Source of the DNA: Camelus dromedarius
Lineage: Eukaryota
Length of the DNA: 64,000 bases
Reading direction: 5' to 3'
NCBI RefSeq assembly: GCF_036321535.1
Contig: NC_087436.1
Location: 17,236,001 to 17,300,000 of the forward strand
In this document: positions 51,051-64,000 of the stretch, piece after piece
Numbering within the stretch: the stretch's first letter is position 1
Layout of the letters: the number at the start of each line of letters is the position of its first letter
Made by a program: the position numbers and the translations under genes
The notes under the pieces: model-generated
Told to the model about the DNA's origin: nothing
The model's database searches: none
The model's input: the letters and a program-made list of their open reading frames with translations, nothing else

Positions 51051-51899
51051 ATTCTTCTGTCATTTAAAGGTTTTGGACTTTATTCTGCAGGATATTTGGA
51101 GACAATGTATATTTTTAAGTAGAGAGGTAATATGATCAGATCTTAACAATCATTCTGGTAACTGTGGCTCATGGATCAATGAGGTGAAAGTCTGCAAAGG
51201 AATAAAAGAACCAGTTTGGAATATCCTGCAACATCCATGTGAGTGACCAAAGAACATAACCATAGGAAGTTCAAGCAGAGAGAAGAAGAAAAGAAAATAG
51301 ACTTGAAAAATATGAGATCGACTTGATAGAATTTGATTGGGAATTTAAAAGCAATAGAAATATAGGATGATTTCCAGATTCCTGGCTCAGGGAACTAGGT
51401 GAGCCATCACTGAGGAGAAAATAAAACTCAGGGATTAGGTCTGGAGAGAGAGCTTATGAATTCAATTTTGGGACCATTTATCCACCATACAACTCACAAC
51501 TTCCGTCTTTTCTTGCCAAGCTTCAATTCATATGGTCCATTTTGGTCTTTCACTATAATCTTTCTTTTGAAAATCCCCTCAACAACATTGCCATTCTTCC
51601 CCCCATCATTTCACATAATATATAATATATAATAATAAACATCAACCACAGTTAAAAATGCATCCTCAGAGTAGAAAGTGACTTAAAAAATGTCCACAGT
51701 CATGATGACTGGTCTTGTTTCAAAATTACGAACACAACCTCAAGTGAGTCAGAAGTATTGCCCAGGAATCTTATTTGTCTTGTCAGTTTGCCTTTTACAA
51801 CTATTTCAATCATTCTTTTTTCCGCAAACATATCTCCAATCCTCCTTCTCAGCTGATAAAACTTGTTAGATGTTTTACCTAGACGTTGGAAGCAACCAG

Positions 51900-52640
51900 A
51901 AGCCTGTGTCCTCATCTTCCCAGCACGAAAGCTGTTCTACCTGCATCTGTCACCATGAACTCGGCCTTTCTTCCCACATGATGAATGAGGTGTCTCTGCC
52001 CTCCCTATGAGACCAACCCCCGCACTTGTGCACTGTATTCCTATCCCCTCTTATATAAGCAAAACCTTTCTCTTGCATTGAATCCCGCTTTCTTCTTTAA
52101 TTTCTTCTCTTCTATTGGATGATTTTCATCAGTGGACAGACATGAAATAATGTCTCTCATCTTAAAAAGCAGCCTCTCCCTTGACACCAGATTTGCTTTC
52201 CACCTTCCACCCATTTCTGATCCATTTTATGGCAAAACTTCTTGAAGTAATGTTGACATTTTGCCTCCTCCTCTCTCTCCTTCCTTCCTGATTGCTTCTT
52301 TCCTTCAGTCCTCAGATGCTTCTCTTCAGTTCTACCCCCTCTTCCTTCTCTGAGTCCATCCAATCTCATCTTTTAAGCAGTACTTTCTTCTGATAAAGCT
52401 CTACCTCCAGCCTCTTTTTTGAGTCCCAGACGTGTATATCCAATTGTTCACTCAGCATCTTAACAGATACACAACGGAATTGTGGATATCCTCCTGCCCC
52501 ACATCCAGCTCCTTCATGTGTCCATTCACCCAGATGCTCAATTTTGGAGTCATCCTTGACACTTTGCTTTCTCTCACAACCTATGTTCAAGTCCACCAGC
52601 CAAAGCCTATATCCACTCTACCTGCAGGGTATATCTCAGA
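51900..52640 (+). mobile_element. L2 LINE fragment
   Basis: cacttgtgcactgtattcctatcccctc...tatccaattgttcactcagcatct...ttggagtcatccttgac. Confidence 0.75.
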
Positions 52641-55371
52641 TTGAATTACGAGACGTGAAGCTGATAATGGAATTATTAACAGTAGCTCACCATCATCTAA
52701 TTATTTGTGACAATCCTCTATAATATAACAAACAAGCAAGCATGTTAGCATATGTTCTGCTCTACAAACTGAGGAGGTCTGAGAAAAAGATAACGCCATT
52801 CTCCTTACTGTTTCATCATTAAGAAGCCGTACTTTTATAATTCAAACAATCTATTCTCCATACTCAAAAATGTCACCATCACTTGAAATAGGTGTATTCT
52901 AAAAATGGAAATGTTCAAAAAAAAGAAAAAGAAAAAAGATAAAGGAGATTTTGTATGTGTATCATTACTAGTCAATGAATGCAACAATCCTGAACTTACT
53001 GTTTTCAACAATGATATTGCAGGAAAAGGGATGTATTCCGATCTCTCACTCATAGAACTAATGTTCTCCCATTTTCACTTTGTTCCTAGATAAAAGCCTA
53101 TTTCCTTGAGCATATTAGACCATACTATAGGGATAAGAAAATTCAAAGTCTGACTCTATTTCTAGTTATGTGAACGTTCAGCGTGAAATCTCTGAACTTC
53201 CCTGTGGCACAGGATTACATTTTCTCTTGAGCCCTTATAAGGCAAAGGTAAATTATCACGCACATAGGATAGAATCAGTGTTTTCCATGCAAAATTACTT
53301 TTAAAAATGTGAACAATTTCCTTTGACAGCCACATCTTTTCTTAGGCTAAAGGGATAAATTTCACTAATAAAAGATTCCTGAAACTTTCCTTTAAAACAG
53401 GAACAGCAGACAGAAAGGGCCAATTGAAGTCAGACTTCAGGCTGCACAGATGATTGTGTGGCCACCAGTGTTGCTATCACAGCAGAAAACATGTCTTATA
53501 GGTGCTTGGCTCATATTTTGTTTTTAGAGGCTGAAGAGTTAGTTGTCTCTCTCGTCGCTGAAAACTATTATTGACATGACAGCTGAAATAATTAAGAAGA
53601 ATGATTATGTGTGCACCCAAGTAGAAAAACAAGTCACTTTGTGTAAAAATTTTTATATAGAAAATTTTCATCTCATACCAAGAGACACTGTCAGCATGGA
53701 GATGAACTGATCAAGATGGCGCCAGACTTAAAAAAAAATGTGTTAGTAGTTGGGGGGCAGAATATGTGAGGTGTTTCAGCAATGGGGAAATTGCAAGGAG
53801 GCACCTGAATATCGAGGGAAGAAATCCAAAGACAGTAACGATGCTGTACTAGATGTATTGTCTTTGTTCTCTTCACCCCGAGGGTATTTTAGTGATTGGT
53901 TATGGAAAAAAAAACACACATTACATGTATAATTGTGAAATTGTAATTCAGTGGTGAGCCCATGAATGCATGGGCTTGGTTTTTCATACCGAGCTATTTC
54001 TTTAGTTTTTGTCTTATTATGTTTTAATTCAAAAGAGCATTTTTGTTAAATAGAATATGCAACGTTTTGTTAATATAATATGCAAACAGGTAGTAGAAAA
54101 TGCACAGTGGTGCCTTGGAATTTGAAAAAAAGAGATAATACATGAATGTTCTGGTTCCTGAGGGACAAAAAGCTTTTGGACACATAGTTTCAAAGGAAGC
54201 CAGGGTATCTGTCTGTTCTGGGCATCCAGACACAGAATAATAATCCAGAGTACGATCTAGCAGCTACTGACAACCCACATACCTACTTGTATACAGCGCC
54301 AGTGTTGCCTGGTTAGTGGGATGGCCAAAGGAGAGGGAAGAGGCCTTTCCCAGGGGATGGCTTCTAGTGGGAAATTGTTTTAAGTAAGCGTCACTGTCAA
54401 CGGGTGTTACTTTCTGACAAAGGAAGAAAAATCAGCTTTATATCAGCATCTAGCTATGAAAAATCTACACCACCAGTTGAAATAATCTTGCTCTCTGATG
54501 ACACGCTCTCACCCTCTTTCTCTCTTCCTTTCTCTGTCTCTTCTCTCTTTCTTCCTCCCTCGTTCCCTTCCTTCCTTTCTCTATCTATCTATCTAATCAT
54601 AATTTAAATTCCAAAGCATACATCAGGGTAGCTATCCACAAATTACTGGGGCAGCAATATTATCAGTGCTCTTCAGAATACTGCTATCCTAGCTAATCCT
54701 AACAGCTTTCTCTCCAAGAAAGTCCTCAACATGCTTAGGTGCCTGCTGATTTTTACACCTGTTTCTTAAAGGTTTCTGGATGAGGAAGGGAAGGGGGAAA
54801 TGGTAAGACTTTTTTTTTTTAATCAAATAAGTTGACTTTAAAAGAATTTATTTCAACCTGCCAAGCGTCTAAGAAAAATGGGTAGCATTTTATAGTAGGC
54901 AACAAATGATATCATTTCCCTGGTGTTGCTTGTGATAATCACATTACTCCCCAGCAACTCTCCAGGTATCCATGTAGCTGTGAGGTGAGATTCCATGGCA
55001 GCTTGGACATTCCATTGTAATTTATAGTAACATGAATTAATATCCATTTATTGTGAAGTGCTAATGAGATAAATACATGTGGCAGCTTCATGTGGTCCTG
55101 CATTCTCTTACTTTAAGGGGGAAAAGAAAAAAAGGAAAACCTTGCATAAAGTACCAAATTCCCTGATTATTCACAATGAAAATGCACTGAAGTGTCATTC
55201 TACAGGCAAATAATCTGAGGTCACCGAAAGCTAAGGACACAAGAACAAATGATGAAATATTGAGCACTTGGGATAAATCCTCAATTGATCCCATCAATCA
55301 AATTGTTGTGAAGAGTCAAGCAGATTAGATAAAATGTTCCCAGGACATACTCGATCACAGTGACTTTTGGT

Positions 55372-55742
55372 ATGTGTCACGTAGCCTTTTCATGCTCCTA
55401 GCTTTGCATTCAGTAGCCAAAGATCTACACAGCTCCTCCCTGTATGTTTCTACCCTATTGACAGACATCACACTTGTGACTTGATTTGGTCAATGAAATG
55501 TGAGCTGAAGTGACAATGTACCTTTTCTTTTCTCTCTGACATGAGCCCAGCAATCCTAGATTTGGGCTGTTCAATCAACTTGGGTCAACAAATGAAAAAG
55601 AGATGGAGCAGAAGTCTTTCAGGTGGGCCAACCCACATGAATATGCAATGAGAATAAGCCGTAAACATTTGTTATTTTAAACGACAGATGACTTGGAGTC
55701 ATTTGTTACTGCAGCCCAACTTAGCACAAGGTAACTAATACA
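55372..55742 (+). mobile_element. Old MaLR LTR (MLT1H/I/J-like)
   Basis: tgtgacttgatttggtcaatgaaatgtgagc...tttgttactgcagc...aactaataca. Confidence 0.75.
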
Positions 55743-56699
55743 CACATTTCAAAGAGATGAGAATTTTCTCTATCTGAAATAAAGAGACACTTTAGGTTGC
55801 AAACACGTTATTCTGTTTATAGTACAAGGACTATGTACAGATCCTAACAGAACTTAGCTGCCTGGGAAAACTTCTTAATATTTCCAAGATTACAAAAATT
55901 TCCTTTTGGTAATCTGTAAATTGTTATCTTTATTGCAACCAAAGTATAAAAGGAATACAATTAATTGATAGCTGTGATGTTATCTGTGGTAGAATATTGG
56001 GTGTAACTAAGAACCCGAAATTAGATTTTCATGCTAACAATGGAATTCGCCAAGAGATTTCATTGACAAAGAGCTGAACACTGGGACAATTTAATTTGCT
56101 TTTTAGACAAGAAGGATAGTGATTAAAAACTAAAGGAAGGCAAAATAAAATCATGACTATTCTCAAAAGGGAGAAAGCTTCTTGTTATTCTGAATGCATA
56201 ATGTTGGGTATGTCTTTTCAGATAAATTTGTACTTTACAATGTTGTAGCTTTAAAAAAAAATCCACATGCTTCTTCTACCTAATAATGGATTACATCAAT
56301 TTTTGAATTGTTTGAAAAAGTTATGAAACAATAGCTATCCCATTGTACTCCAACAAAAATGACTTTTCAGACAAGTTACCCAAACTTACCCAGTGCTATT
56401 GCCTTACTCAATTGGGCATATCCTGGATGCAAATTTGCTGAGCAGTTTCTAGGAAAATAAATAGTAGCCTAATATTTGATGCTATATCAAGATGTACAGG
56501 TCCTGATTTTTGGGCACTTTTGCAGAGTGAAGGGAATTATACTGTTGTGATTGAGAAACCAGCGGGGAGGACACATGCCCACTGCAGTCAGACCTGGACT
56601 TACCACTGAGCCATCCCTCAGATCTCTCTCTCTCCTTTTTATTAAGCTCAAGCTGCTTTTCTAGAACATCGAACAAATACAGATCATATTTCTAGTGAG

Positions 56700-57200
56700 A
56701 ACATCAACCGTAGAACTGTAGTCTTTCATAGAAAGAAACTTTAAATGTGAGTTATTTCCCATCCTCTTTCCCCAGACCCAATACAATAACATCACTGTAG
56801 CCTGTAACCTTGGTCTCTGCTTATACATCCCTAGAGACAAGGAACTTAATATCTCCCATCTCCTTATAGCTGTAGCTCTTAGAAAGTATTTCACATTTTA
56901 TTTAACTGTAATCTGGCTGCCTCTTTTTTCACTCATGGACACTAAATTCTGTTCTTAAAGTCACGATGAACAAGTTTGGTCCCTGTTCCACATGAACAAA
57001 CTAAAGTACTTAAAATCAGCCAACATGCCTTGGTCTTTCTCAGTACAGGACTGACTCCCTGTCCCCAAACAACTCTTCCCTTTTCTAAACAAATATGTCA
57101 ATACCCCTTATTACTTCTTATATGTCAGGACTTCTTATCCATTTGCCATTTTGACACTCTTCCTAGAGTAGATCAAGCTTTGATGCCATTTCCTTTAAAA
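56700..57200 (-). mobile_element. L3/CR1 3' fragment
   Basis: ctctgcttatacatccctagagacaaggaact...gctcttagaaagtatttc...gaacaagtttggtccctgttccacatga resembles the L3 3' reverse complement. Confidence 0.65.
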
Positions 57201-58429
57201 CAGTAGCCTAATAATGGTCTAGGAGGCGTGTACTGGCTCCCAGGACTGAGCCCAACTGATTGAAAATGTAGAGAAAAGCACAAGCATCAACTTCTCACTT
57301 TAGGGGTTTCATCAATGGGTTACTTGAGCAACTGACCACATTATTTATTCATTAGTGCTACTAAGGAGAGTCTCTAAATTTCAGTTTATATGTGTGGTTC
57401 CAAAACCTTCTCTATTCTAGGGTAGAGCTATGGGAATTTTTGGAAACTTAAGTTTCAAATCTGAATTTAATAACCCTGCTACTATGGCTGAAGAAAAAAA
57501 AAGATTGGATAGGTAGTGATAATTCCCACCAACTCAAGGTCATTTGAAGATAAACTTTTGATATTATGTTCTTTAATGGGGTCCACCCAACCCAATGGGA
57601 TGGTGGAAGGGAAATCATTGAGAAGTGTCACCACAAAAGGACTGTTCCAGCCTTGTTCAAATCCCTTGTACCCAATATAAACAGAGCTCTGTGGACTTTT
57701 ATCTATTCACTCCCCTTCCATGAAACAAATATTGTAAATGACTGTTAAGCCATCTTCTCAAGCCTCTGGTTAAGACAAGGAAATCCTAGCAACAGCAGCA
57801 CAACCACCAGCCCTTACACAACAAAAAGAAAGATGAAGTTTTATTCTAAAAATACTCCTTAGCATCTTATTTCTTACAGAAGTATGTAGCTACTGACTGT
57901 GATGTTGTAAACATGACAGTCTCCTCAATGAGAGCTGAATTGATTTATTAGGAGCAAAATAGCTATGTGGGTGGGACTCAATTGGCTTATTAAGGATCTG
58001 ATGGCACTAATTGCACAGTGGGTGAAAGAACAAAAGAAGGAGGGAAGAAAGAGAGAGTGGCAAGGGGCCAGTGGAGGGACCCCCACTGGTCAGCCGACAG
58101 GGGAGGAGAAAGCTAGGAAAGAAGGCTTCTGCTAGGAAACAAGAAATTGGAATACCATGTTACCCCGGATAAAATTCTAAAGAAGAATCAAGACTGGCAG
58201 AACGGTCACTCGTCCCATCCTGCCTGCACAGATGTTTAAGCACAAACACTGCAATAAAATGAGGCTCTCCTTTCTCACTTATAGACAGCCAGCTTCTCTG
58301 AGATAAAAGGAGTCTTGGCTCTGAACCGAGGGGAAGCAGGAAGGTCATGGGGTGGTGAGGAAGTGTGTGAGAGCAAGTTCAGACTACTCCCAGGGCACTG
58401 GGGTCACGCCAAAGCTATGCCACAGGCAG

Positions 58430-58690
58430 CCCAGTCACGATTAAGAGTATAGATTTTGGAGCCAAAGAGAGCTGGGTTCAAGTTTCTGTTCCACTCTTTT
58501 CTATTTGTATGTTCCTAAGCAATTTATTTAATTGTCCTGTGCCTCGGTTTCCTTAGGTGAAGATGACAACTGCCTAAATCACAGAACTTTTTTGAGATGC
58601 ATAGGAGGGTGTATGAAGGTGGTTTGTATAGTGCATGGCATATAATGAACATTCAACAAAGGAAGTCACTTAAAAATATCATTGTCAGAA
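58430..58690 (+). mobile_element. MIR SINE
   Basis: gattaagagtatagattttggagcca...ctgggttcaag...tgtgcctcggtttcct. Confidence 0.8.
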
Positions 58691-58765
58691 GAACAATTCT
58701 GTATAAATCACCTTCGGAATCTCTTCCAGATCCAAAATGCTATCCGTCTTCATCTGTATGGTTAA

Positions 58766-58890
58766 TTAGAATCACAAAATGTTAGAGTTAAGAAGGACCT
58801 TAGAGATCCACTATTTCAACCTTCTTGTATTACAAATGGGAAAATCAAGGTCCAGACCAAAGATCAAGTGTCTTGCTCAACGTCCCTCTA
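58766..58890 (-). mobile_element. MIR3/MIRb-like fragment
   Basis: agaatcacaaaatgttagagttaagaaggaccttagagatc...tacaaatgggaaaatcaagg. Confidence 0.75.
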
Positions 58891-61800
58891 AAGGAATTCT
58901 TAGTGGAAGGTGAACCTTAAATTTTAACTAATCAGAATTGTATTTAAGGAAATATTTTGCATGTTCCGTGTACTGCAGCTATCATCTGCAGAGCTCTGCG
59001 AGCATCAGTCATCAAAGTGCAAATCACCACTGCCCTGTAGCTAACTATTAATTCTCATTACTTATTTAATAGGTATTAAAACACCCACAAGTAAAATTCA
59101 AAACATAAAAAAAAAAATTACCCTTGTTTTAGTGAAGTTTGCTTATAGATCTTTTTGGTTAAAACTTTGCCTTCTTCCCCTACCCAACTTACCAATCTCT
59201 TATCTCTATACAAATGAGCCTTGGTATCATCAGGGCTGAGGGCCTTTGTTCATATTGCGTATGGGCTGTGCGCACTTCACTGCTGGTTGCAGGTCTGCAG
59301 ATGGGAGGGGAGACTCTGTAGCCCTGCATTTAGCTATGAGTTTGCAGCCCCCACCTGTAATGAACGGGCCTGGCTGTAGCTGTGTAAATGGGGTCAGCTG
59401 AGGAACATTTGCCCATGCATCATCCTCTTCGGGACTTCCGTGTCCAGTTAGGAAACTGCCTCTGGAGCATCACGCCCTTTGTGCTATAGCGCTGTTTAGA
59501 AACAGCCTGAGGGGAGATGACTCAGGTGATGGAGGCCAGCTGTTCTTTCTCCACCGAGATGAGAATTTTGAAAAAGCTATTTGATGATGGCATTGTTTCC
59601 ATGGCTGATAAAACCAGGCAAATCTCTTGATTGGAAGAGCCACAAAAGTTGTGGAAACTTCTTCCTCAGAACTATAAAGGCATCTCTCTTTTGCGTCTTA
59701 TTGTGCAGTGGTTTGTAAGCAGCCTGTCCAGACCTTGCTCCTACAAGTTTTCCTTGTCACAATGATCACATGACATGCTATAATATCCCAAGAGATCCTG
59801 CATAAATCAAGCTACGTCTTGAAAAGAATTGCCTTCCACCAGCTCACACGGAAGACAAGCCCCCCACCCCCGAATGTGCTCCTTTTTTCCTGAAGGAAAG
59901 AGCATGGGAAGAAATGGTTCTTTACCTGCAAAGTGAAGAGCTTCTCTATAGACTAAGTGGAGTAGTAGAGAAGGTGCTTGTTCTGTAAAATCAGGAGAGA
60001 TTAAGTGAAGACCTTGGCTCTCATGTTGCTATCGTAGGATGCAACTGAGACCCTGGGCTGGTGACCATGCCTTCACCAACTCCTCCCCTCTGGGGGATTG
60101 CAGGAAGAATTACAACAGAAAATGAAGGCTGGGTTTGATTCAGGGATCATAGTGGGTTTGAAATAAGCCAGTGTTTATGTTGTCTCCAAAGAGCTTAATA
60201 GCTCAGAGCTTGAACTTTTGTGTTTATTTTAAAAATGCCAGGGAACAACATTTTTTTCCGTTTTTCTTCTGCAGTAAATGTTGGTTGCCTCAAATCTCTT
60301 CATGAATGTATTATGGAAAACTGGGACCAAATTTCCCCCTTGTTAGCCAAGTGCATGCCTGCTGAGGTTTTATGTTAGAAAATACAATTTTCTTTAATGG
60401 AAATACACAGCAGAGATCTAAGTCATCAAGCACAAAATCATGTAGCCCAGAAATGCATGCCTGTACCCATTTTTCGGGCCAAACTCTCTTCTACCTTCCA
60501 TTGATTCTATGCACACTATAAGCCAAACAATATCAGTTTTACAGATTCTCTATTTTTATGAGTTCAACTTTACAGCATTTTACCTTTCTGTGGACCTGAA
60601 ATGAATTCATTTCATACACACACACACAAAAAAAACCCTTCATTAGGTATTCATATGAAGTTTTAATTTTTTTACTCTTGTTTATGATCTGATGCCCAGA
60701 ATATTTTGAAACAGAATATACTGAAGTGAGTATTTTATTTGCTTGCCTATGTTAACAGAAAAAGAAAACAAAAACCTCTTGTTCTATAAAGTTCATTAAA
60801 AAATACCTAATAAACTTTCTAGTCTCTTAAAATTTATAGACGCTCTTAGTTTGACAACCAGTTTTTGGTCTTAATACCAAAGCAGTACGTGTTGGTAAAG
60901 AAGCTCTTATAAAACCAGGGGTCACATCAGTAAGGGAAAGTAGTTTGCCGTCTATTCCAACTCTTATTGAAAGAGGTACTGGTGCACTGTGGGAAATATA
61001 CGAAATTAGGAGTTAAACTGAGGTTCAGATCATGTCTTCGAGCTTACATAATATTAAATTCCTAATCTACACAATGTATATACTAAAATCCATGTCATAA
61101 AGTTGTGGTGAGTACTCTCAAGTAACTAGTACAGAGTTCTGAGCGCACTACTGGTACTTAATAGACTTTTCATCAATAATGGTCATTTCTAGTTTTTTCA
61201 AAGTTTCACTCTAAGGAGCTATTCTGAATCCCACGTATACGTCTTCTGTCGGCAGAGACTCAGCCCTGCAACGTGATGGAGAATGACCCATTCACATTTT
61301 CAAGTGTTCTTGACCTTGGAAAGGTTTTCAGTGATGGGTGTCAAGGAAGAACAGCAGATATTTAAAGGCTGTGTTTCTATGTTGGTTCCACAAACCGATG
61401 AATGAAAAACTTTCGTTTTATAAGCCACATATCTTCTAGCCAGATATCTCAGGAAAGCAACAGTGCAACAGACAATCCTGTGTTGCTGTTCTGTGATATT
61501 TTTATTTTTTGGATCCTTGGACAAGTTAATAGAGCATTAACCATAAATAATTGTTCATGGAATTTTCACCTGTCCAGAAGAGGAATAAACTTGTAATTGT
61601 GCTGTGCTCTGCAACCAGTAAGAATAAAGAAAATCCTCCCACGACAGGCTATTTCATCAATATGAGAATATGTGTAAATGATCAGCTGTCTCCCGCCTTA
61701 AAGAATGATGGGGGTTTGACAGAAATATAAGTTTAGCTACAGAAGATTTCATCCTTTGGGGCAAGAGGTTCCTGTCATTTTTGAAAAATCTTTAAAAAAT

Positions 61801-61979
61801 ATTTAACCTTAATGTTAAGTGTACATTTCACATAACTTATTCTGACATTTTTTAACTCTTGCCTTTAGGACAACAGGTGGATTGGTCATTGAAAAGAGAA
61901 TACAATGCGTTTTTCTTTTTAAAGAATACTCCTAAACTTTCTGCACATCCCAAAGACTTGCCCCTCTGGAAGTCATGAT

Positions 61980-62110
61980 TTCCCTCTAGAATGTAAGCTC
62001 TGAATGGGCAGGGATCTGTTTTATTTGCTCATGACTCTCACGTAGCTATAGCAGCAGTTCCTGACACATAATAGGTGCTTAAAAATTGCTCAACGAATGG
62101 ATGACTAAAC
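61980..62110 (+). mobile_element. L2 3' end
   Basis: ctagaatgtaagctc...cctgacacataataggtgcttaaaaattgctcaacgaatggatga. Confidence 0.8.
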
Positions 62111-63357
62111 AATCATTTAGATCAGAATGCAACTTTATGTTGCATGTAACTTACCAAGGTCTTTTAAGGTAGGGCAACAACTTTCTTTCTTTACCCCTGT
62201 GTTCTCTGAAAATTTCCTGCTGTTACTCTGGAAGATAAGCCAAATGGCGATGTGGAGGTGCCTTCTTGGCGTGATCACACTGCCCTCCAGCTCCCTTGTG
62301 GAAGTCACACTCTGTCCATCCCCTCCATCAGCCTGAGATTTAACCAACTTTTTTAGTTTAGTTTTTTTTTTAAATTACAAATACTCTTACCAAATATACT
62401 CTAGGTCTATTAAAACAAAACAAAATGTTGAAAAGCAAAGCTGAGTATCAAAAAAACTTTCAAAGGTTTATTTTTTATGCTTCATCCTCTATCTAAATTC
62501 CACAAATCAATTTAGCATTTGCTGAAAACCAGATATGCACCGAGCACCGTGCAGGACAGAAATGAGTGTGTATAATCCCAGGGTGGAAATTTTCTAAATA
62601 TTTACAGTAGACAATTCTCAGTTCTTGGTGTTGAGTTGTGGTGTTTGATCTCTTGTTAAATGTTTGTATTTGTATTGAATAAGTGTGTGTATATGTACAG
62701 TGTATACTTGGGTTTTTTCCTCTCCAATTCTGTCATCTAGAACAAAGAACAGCTGATTTTCCTGTTTCTTTTAATAAGGGTCAGAATGTCCCCAATTTGG
62801 AATGCCTCAGATATTGAAATGTGATGACATGGTGAAAAAAAAACTCTTCTAAAAGTCTAGAGGAAGTCATTTCACCAACAACATTCTGAAGTCTTGATCT
62901 TTGGGGCCTTTCTTCTTCTTTGGTGTACAAGACATTTGTATTCTTCTCACAGCCTCCTATAATTCCTAGTCCTCATCTTCTATACGACCAAGCTGAAAAA
63001 TGTTGGGATTCCAGAATCATCAGGCAAACCACACAGCTGCTGTCACATCTCTTGCCTCTATAATTTCCCCTGATTGATATATTTGTGCTCAGAATGGATA
63101 ATCCATCCTTTTAAAAGGTTAATATAAAATGCTCACGATGGCAATTTTCTTTGTATTTGGTTTAATTCTATCATTTCCCATCCTCCGTAATTTTGTTCTG
63201 TTCTTCAGGACTGGGCTTACTCACCCCTCTCTAAAGAGCATAGTTGGAAATGTTTGCCCGTTGCTTGTGAAACACAACATGGTTGTAGTAGTAACAAAGG
63301 ACATTCAGCCATAAGGATGACTGGGACAGACACGGAGAGAAATTTCTAGTGAATCTG

Positions 63358-63554
63358 AAGGGGGAGGGTATAGCTCAGTGGTAGAGCGTGTGCTTAGCAT
63401 GCATATGGTCTGAGTTCAATCCCCAGTACTGCCATTAAAGATAAGTAAATAAATCTAATTACCTTCCCCCCCTGAAAAAAAAAAAAGGGACAAAAAAAAA
63501 AAACAAAACAAAAAACCAACCAACCAACCAAACAAATAAAAAACCCCCAAAACA
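63358..63554 (+). mobile_element. tRNA-Ala-derived SINE (vic-1-like)
   Basis: gggggagggtatagctcagtggtagagcgtgtgcttagcatgc, long mixed A/AAC tail; TSD tctagtgaatctg at 63345-63357 and 63555-63567. Confidence 0.92.
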
Positions 63555-64000
63555 TCTAGTGAATCTGGACTAAGAACAGCGGAACAGAATGATATCTTTT
63601 TCCAGATTGACTATGATTTACAGTCTAGCACTCAGAATACCTTATAGCATCGTTCTCATCCTTTGACATGAAAATCTCCATTTCTCACCCATTCATTACT
63701 AACTTCTGTAAATTTTTAGGAAGCCCCTTGCTTGAATCAGGATCTGTGCAAAGTACTGGGGACTACACACACACACACACACACATATACATATATATAA
63801 CATTTTCTTCCTTTGAGTAACTCAAATTAGTGGAAGAAATGGATAATCACAATATAATTATGTCAGTGCAATGGTACTGTAATCAACCACAGGGACATTG
63901 CACCAGCAGTAATGAATCCTGTCCAAGGAAGTCAGGGAAAGTACCAGAAAAGAGGTTGTATTGAGCTTAGCTTTAAAAAGAAGGGAGGGAGACACACTGC

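Noticed and set aside
1..64000. CRISPR array, operon or other prokaryote-type system
   Set aside because: The sequence is mammalian repeat-rich DNA with no repeat-spacer array or gene-dense structure.

Overview
Mammalian non-coding DNA (intronic or intergenic): AT-rich and CpG-depleted, with no intact protein-coding gene or RNA gene that I can support. Three tRNA-Ala(AGC)-derived SINEs of the vic-1 type and the L1 3' ends point to a camelid genome (inference). The window is a mosaic of ancient repeats (MIR, L2, L3/CR1, MaLR MLT1 LTRs, MER31, MER8, MER2, MER94, MER119-like) and younger lineage L1/SINE insertions with readable target-site duplications (TSDs). Family names come from recalled consensus sequences, not from a search. 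Nearly all ORFs in the track are spurious; the exceptions are L1 ORF2 and L2 RT remnants. The most notable structures are: (1) an MLT1 LTR fragment that appears to have been re-mobilised as a polyadenylated retrocopy with a 15-bp TSD; (2) a nested stack of MER94 > ERV1-type solo LTR > two L1s, one apparently internally primed; (3) a perfect 19-bp hairpin inside a degraded coding-like segment; (4) a closely spaced inverted SINE pair; (5) a readable CR1 reverse-transcriptase fossil; (6) a candidate minus-strand TATA promoter and first exon near 47.3 kb. I find no evidence for a novel multi-gene system.
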